Shown here piece after piece: positions 60,319-64,000 of a stretch of 64,000 nt of DNA. The notes under the pieces are model-generated. The model was not told the origin of the DNA. It ran no database searches and was given only the letters and a program-made list of their open reading frames with translations. Where the stretch lies: positions 15,837 through 79,836 of the forward strand of contig CAMTVY010000001.1 in NCBI GenBank assembly GCA_947085325.1, given 5' to 3'. The DNA comes from an uncultured Gammaproteobacteria bacterium (lineage in GTDB: Bacteria; Pseudomonadota; Gammaproteobacteria; SURF-13). Every line of letters begins with the position of its first letter. The first letter of the stretch is position 1. The position numbers and the translations under genes were made by a program.

Positions 60319-61484
60319 GCGGGCCTCCCCATGCCATGCGTGCCCGCTATAGGTGAACGCTGCGGCATGCGCAACTCGTGGTGTATGCGCAGCAGCAGGG
60401 CCACTGCGATACAACTGGCCACGATGCTGCTGCCGCCGTAACTCATGAACGGCAGCGTGAGGCCTTTGGTGGGCAGCAATCCCATGTTTACGCCCAGGTT
60501 GATGGTGACGGCGAGCGCCAGCCAGAGCCCGATACCCCAGGCGAGATAGGCCGCAAAATAGTTGCTCCTGATCAGCGCCAGCTGGGCGAGGGCGAAGGCG
60601 CGCCACACGACGACAGTAAACAGTCCGATGACCACCAGCACGCCGACCAGCCCCAGCTCTTCGGCCAGTACTGCAAACAGGAAGTCGGTGTGCGCTTCCG
60701 GCAGATAAAACAGTTTCTGCACGCTTGCGCCCAGCCCGACGCCAAACCAGTCGCCGCGTCCGAAGGCGATCAGCGCCTGTGTTAACTGGAAGCCGCTGTC
60801 GAACGGGTCGGCCCAGGGATTGAGAAACGTGGTGAGCCGTTGCAGGCGGTAGGGGGCGGCGAAGGCGAGGGCGGCGAAGGCGAGCACGGCGAGGCTAAGC
60901 AGTGCGCCAAACTGCCACAGGCGTGCACCGGCAAGAAACAGCATGCCGAGGGCGGTGGCGAGTATGACCAGGGCCGCGCCAAAATCGGGTTCGGCCAGCA
61001 GCAGCGCAGCCATCACGACAAACAGCGCCATCGGCCTGAAAAATCCCTGCAACGAGTTGCGCACGTCCGCGCCATGGCGCACCAGATAACCCGCGAGATA
61101 GATTACCACCAGCAGCTTGGCGAACTCTGAAGGTTGCAGGTTCACCGGGCCGAACGGGAGCCAGCGCATGCTGCCGTTCACCGCGTGCCCGACGCCAGGT
61201 ACCAGCACCAGCACCAGCAGTAGCAGGCCGAACAGCAACAGCGGCGCGCCGTGCTTTTCCCAGTAGACCAGGCGAATGCGCCACACTCCCAGTGCGCACA
61301 GCAGGCCGACGCCGAGATACGCACTCTGGCGCAGCAGAAAATAAAACGGCTGGCCGGTGGCGCGTTCGGCGCTGGTGATAGAGCTGGAGGCTACCATGAC
61401 CAGGCCGAGGGCAAGCAGCGCCAGCGTTGCGCCGAGCAGCCAGGCATCAACGCTGCGCAAGGTGGCGGGCGAGGCCTGGCTCAT
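60303..61484 (-). CDS. ftsW: Peptidoglycan glycosyltransferase / cell division protein FtsW (SEDS family)
   Basis: 393 aa, a 10-TM SEDS protein with a PTKGLTLPFMSYGGSS motif, in the dcw position between murD and murG. Confidence 0.93.
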   Translation of the reverse strand: MSQASPATLRSVDAWLLGATLALLALGLVMVASSSITSAERATGQPFYFLLRQSAYLGVGLLCALGVWRIRLVYWEKHGAPLLLFGLLLLVLVLVPGVGHAVNGSMRWLPFGPVNLQPSEFAKLLVVIYLAGYLVRHGADVRNSLQGFFRPMALFVVMAALLLAEPDFGAALVILATALGMLFLAGARLWQFGALLSLAVLAFAALAFAAPYRLQRLTTFLNPWADPFDSGFQLTQALIAFGRGDWFGVGLGASVQKLFYLPEAHTDFLFAVLAEELGLVGVLVVIGLFTVVVWRAFALAQLALIRSNYFAAYLAWGIGLWLALAVTINLGVNMGLLPTKGLTLPFMSYGGSSIVASCIAVALLLRIHHELRMPQRSPIAGTHGMGRPAWQHA

Positions 61485-62860
61485 GGCGCGGGCTCTCCCA
61501 GGCAGGCGTGCACGGCGGCGGTAAATACACGGCCGCGTTCTTCGTAGCCGCTGTACATGTCGAAGCTGGCGCAGGCCGGTGACAGCAGCACGGCGTCACC
61601 TGTATGCACGAACTGTTGCGCCTTGCGTACGGCGTCTTTCATATCGTGCGCCTGCACCAGCGGTACGGTGTTTTCGAGCGCCGTGGCGATGACAGGTGCA
61701 TCGCGGCCAAGCAACACTACTGCCCGCGCGTAGCGGCTGACGGCGTCGCGTAGAATGGAGAAGTCGGCGTTTTTACCGTCGCCGCCGGCGATCAGTGCAA
61801 TCTTGCCTGCACCCAGGACGGCACCGAGGCCGGACAGTGCGGCCAGTGTCGCGCCCACGTTGGTACCCTTGGAGTCGTTGTACCAGGCAATGCCATCGCG
61901 CTCGGTTACCCACTGTGAGCGGTGGGGCAGGCCGGGAAAGGCTTGCAGTGTGTCGAGCATCGCGCGCATGGGCAGGCCTGCGGCGGTACCCAGCGCCAGT
62001 GCGGCCAGCGCGTTGGCGATGTTGTGGTCGCCCTTGATACGTAACGCGCTTACGGGCAGCAGGTTTTTCTCACCATGTGCGAGCCAGCGTTCGCCGTGCG
62101 CCACGCGCACACCGAAATCGCCCGCCTGCGGTTCTGCCAGCGTGAAGCCAACGCAGTTGCGGCGCGCGTCCGCCATTGCCGCCACCCGAGCATCGTCACG
62201 GTTGACGACCATGACGCCGTTGCCGTGATAGATACGCTGCTTGGCCGCTGCATACCCGGCGAGGTCGTGATAGCGATCCATGTGGTCGGGGGTAATGTTG
62301 AGCACGGTGGCGGCAGTGGCGTTGAGCGAGCGCGTGGTCTCCAGCTGAAAGCTGGACAGCTCCAGCACATAGAGATCAGGTTGGGTGCCGTCGAGCAGAT
62401 CAAGTGCCGGTGTGCCGAGATTGCCGCCTACGCGCACGTCGCGTCCGGCGCGCTCGGCCATGTTGCCCAGCAGTGTGGTGACGGTGCTCTTGCCGTTGGA
62501 GCCGGTGATGGCCACCGTTGGGGCTTGCGCGTTCTGCGCAAACAGTTCGACGTCGCCGATGATCTCGATGCCTTGCGCCTGCGCTGCGGCGAGCGCGGGT
62601 TCGCGCAGGCTCACACCGGGGCTGGCGATGATCCGGCGCGCGTGCGTGCAGGCGTCCGCATCCAGACCGTTCAGGCGCAGCGGTGCATCGGGAAATTCCT
62701 TGCGCAGCACGGCGAGGCCGGGCGGTTCGGCGCGGCTGTCGGTAACGGCGAAGGGTATGCCGCGCCGGCGCAGGAAGCGCGCGACCGAGAGCCCGGTCTT
62801 GCCGAGGCCGGCGATCAGTGTCTGCGGCAGTGCTGTGTTGGTTGTCATGACAGCCGCCAT
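61481..62860 (-). CDS. murD: UDP-N-acetylmuramoylalanine--D-glutamate ligase
   Basis: IAGLGKTGLSVARFL Rossmann motif and GSNGKSTV P-loop; 459 aa. ATGA overlap with ftsW. Confidence 0.95.
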   Translation of the reverse strand: MAAVMTTNTALPQTLIAGLGKTGLSVARFLRRRGIPFAVTDSRAEPPGLAVLRKEFPDAPLRLNGLDADACTHARRIIASPGVSLREPALAAAQAQGIEIIGDVELFAQNAQAPTVAITGSNGKSTVTTLLGNMAERAGRDVRVGGNLGTPALDLLDGTQPDLYVLELSSFQLETTRSLNATAATVLNITPDHMDRYHDLAGYAAAKQRIYHGNGVMVVNRDDARVAAMADARRNCVGFTLAEPQAGDFGVRVAHGERWLAHGEKNLLPVSALRIKGDHNIANALAALALGTAAGLPMRAMLDTLQAFPGLPHRSQWVTERDGIAWYNDSKGTNVGATLAALSGLGAVLGAGKIALIAGGDGKNADFSILRDAVSRYARAVVLLGRDAPVIATALENTVPLVQAHDMKDAVRKAQQFVHTGDAVLLSPACASFDMYSGYEERGRVFTAAVHACLGEPAP

Positions 62861-62861
62861 C

Positions 62862-63944
62862 TCAACGCAGCTTCAGTGTTGCGAGGCCGATCAGCACCAG
62901 CACCACGGTGATGATCCAGAAACGCACGATCACGCGCGGCTCGGGCCAGCCCTTGAGTTCGAAATGGTGGTGCAGCGGCGCCATGCGGAAGATGCGTTTG
63001 CCGGTGAGCTTGAACGACGCGACCTGCAGAATCACCGACACGGTTTCAATCACAAACACGCCACCCATAATGAACAGCACAATTTCCTGGCGTACTATCA
63101 CGGCGATCACACCCAGCGCGGCGCCCAGGCCGAGTGCGCCGATGTCGCCCATGAATACCTGTGCCGGGTAGGTGTTAAACCACAGGAAGCCGAGCCCGGC
63201 GCCTGCCAGCGCGCCACAGAAAATCACCAACTCACCTGCGCCCGGAATGTGGGGGATGCCGAGGTAGTGCGAAAAGTTTACATGACCGCTGGCGTAGGCG
63301 AAGATACCGAGCGCCGCGCCCACCATCACCGTGGGCAGGATGGCAAGCCCATCCAGGCCGTCAGTGAGGTTGACCGCGTTGCTCGTACCCACGATGACGA
63401 AGTAGGCAAGCACGATGAACAGCGCGCCAAGCTCAAGCGTGGCATGTTTGAAAAACGGGACGATGAGTTGGGTCTCGGCGGGAATCTGCGCGGTGAAAAA
63501 CAGTATCAGCGCCGCGCTTAAGCCCACGATGGACTGCCAGAAATATTTGCTGCGCGCGGACAGGCCCTTGGAGCTGCCCTGGGTCAGCTTGGCATAATCA
63601 TCGATGCCGCCGATCGCACCGAACAGCAGTGTGACCAGCAGCACCAGCCAGACGTGGCGATTGCCGAGATCGGCCCACAGCAGCGTTGCCACTGTAATGG
63701 AGACCAGTATCAGCGCTCCGCCCATAGTTGGCGTGCCCGCCTTGCTCAGATGGCTTTGGGGGCCGTCGCCGCGCACCTGCTGGCCGATCTGGCGGAAACT
63801 GAGCTGACGTATCATGCGCGGGCCCAGCAGGAGTGAAATCAGCAGCGCGGTAAGCACGCCGAGAATGGCGCGCAGCGTGAGGTATTGAAACACGCTAAAG
63901 CCGCTGTAGAGTTCTTCCAGATATTTGAACAGGTATAGCAGCAT
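62862..63944 (-). CDS. mraY: Phospho-N-acetylmuramoyl-pentapeptide transferase
   Basis: [29 protein letters not shown]-terminus and [13 protein letters not shown] and PLHHHFE motifs; 360 aa. Confidence 0.96.
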   Translation of the reverse strand: MLLYLFKYLEELYSGFSVFQYLTLRAILGVLTALLISLLLGPRMIRQLSFRQIGQQVRGDGPQSHLSKAGTPTMGGALILVSITVATLLWADLGNRHVWLVLLVTLLFGAIGGIDDYAKLTQGSSKGLSARSKYFWQSIVGLSAALILFFTAQIPAETQLIVPFFKHATLELGALFIVLAYFVIVGTSNAVNLTDGLDGLAILPTVMVGAALGIFAYASGHVNFSHYLGIPHIPGAGELVIFCGALAGAGLGFLWFNTYPAQVFMGDIGALGLGAALGVIAVIVRQEIVLFIMGGVFVIETVSVILQVASFKLTGKRIFRMAPLHHHFELKGWPEPRVIVRFWIITVVLVLIGLATLKLR

Positions 63945-63946
63945 GG

Positions 63947-64000
63947 TCAGTGTTCCGTTTCCGTAGCCGTGAGTGCCGCTACCACGCGCTCCATCTGCGC
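63947..64000 (-). CDS. murF: 3' end of UDP-N-acetylmuramoyl-tripeptide--D-alanyl-D-alanine ligase; partial, continues beyond the window
   Basis: The minus strand reads ...[17 protein letters not shown] with TGA at 63947-63949, 2 nt upstream of the mraY ATG, in the canonical dcw order. Confidence 0.6.
   Translation of the reverse strand, partial: AQMERVVAALTATETEH

Overview
A high-GC (about 60-65%) proteobacterial chromosome segment, gammaproteobacterium-like by synteny, made almost entirely of core housekeeping genes. On the + strand: rsmB (3' end), DUF4390, ntrYX, trkAH, rsmE, hemF, a SET-domain gene, DUF1003, msrA, rng, yhdP, a lipoprotein cytochrome c, lepA-lepB-DUF4845-rnc-era-recO-pdxJ-acpS, cysM, a PolB-like exonuclease, rlmD, and pilBCD-coaE-zapD-yacG. 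On the - strand: ttcA, a HlyD/FtsX/ABC efflux operon, purL, bamC, dapA, a GGDEF protein, argJ, secA and the dcw cluster from lpxC to murF. I found no rRNA, tRNA or CRISPR array, and no convincing new multi-gene protein system such as a defence island, toxin-antitoxin pair or secretion module. The unexplained signal is non-coding. (1) A family of intercistronic elements with 7-nt periodicity runs exactly from a TAA stop codon to the next start codon (trkA/trkH, pilC/pilD, ftsA/ftsZ, and upstream of rlmD). (2) A 147-bp element of five consecutive hairpins occurs twice, each time 6 nt after a TAA stop inside an operon (rsmB/DUF4390 and murG/murC). (3) Two MITE families are present. One has TA target duplications, supplies the stop codons of rsmE and the exonuclease gene, and carries an outward promoter-like motif. 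The other has 17-bp terminal inverted repeats (TIRs), sits between the efflux adaptor and permease genes, and its target duplication regenerates the permease ATG. (4) A duplicated murG initiation region forms a 43-codon coupled upstream ORF (uORF) between ftsW and murG. (5) A roughly 0.9-kb low-GC islet between rlmD and purL holds an IntI-like integrase N-terminal remnant and an orphan ORF. The many long antisense ORFs in the six-frame track are high-GC artefacts.
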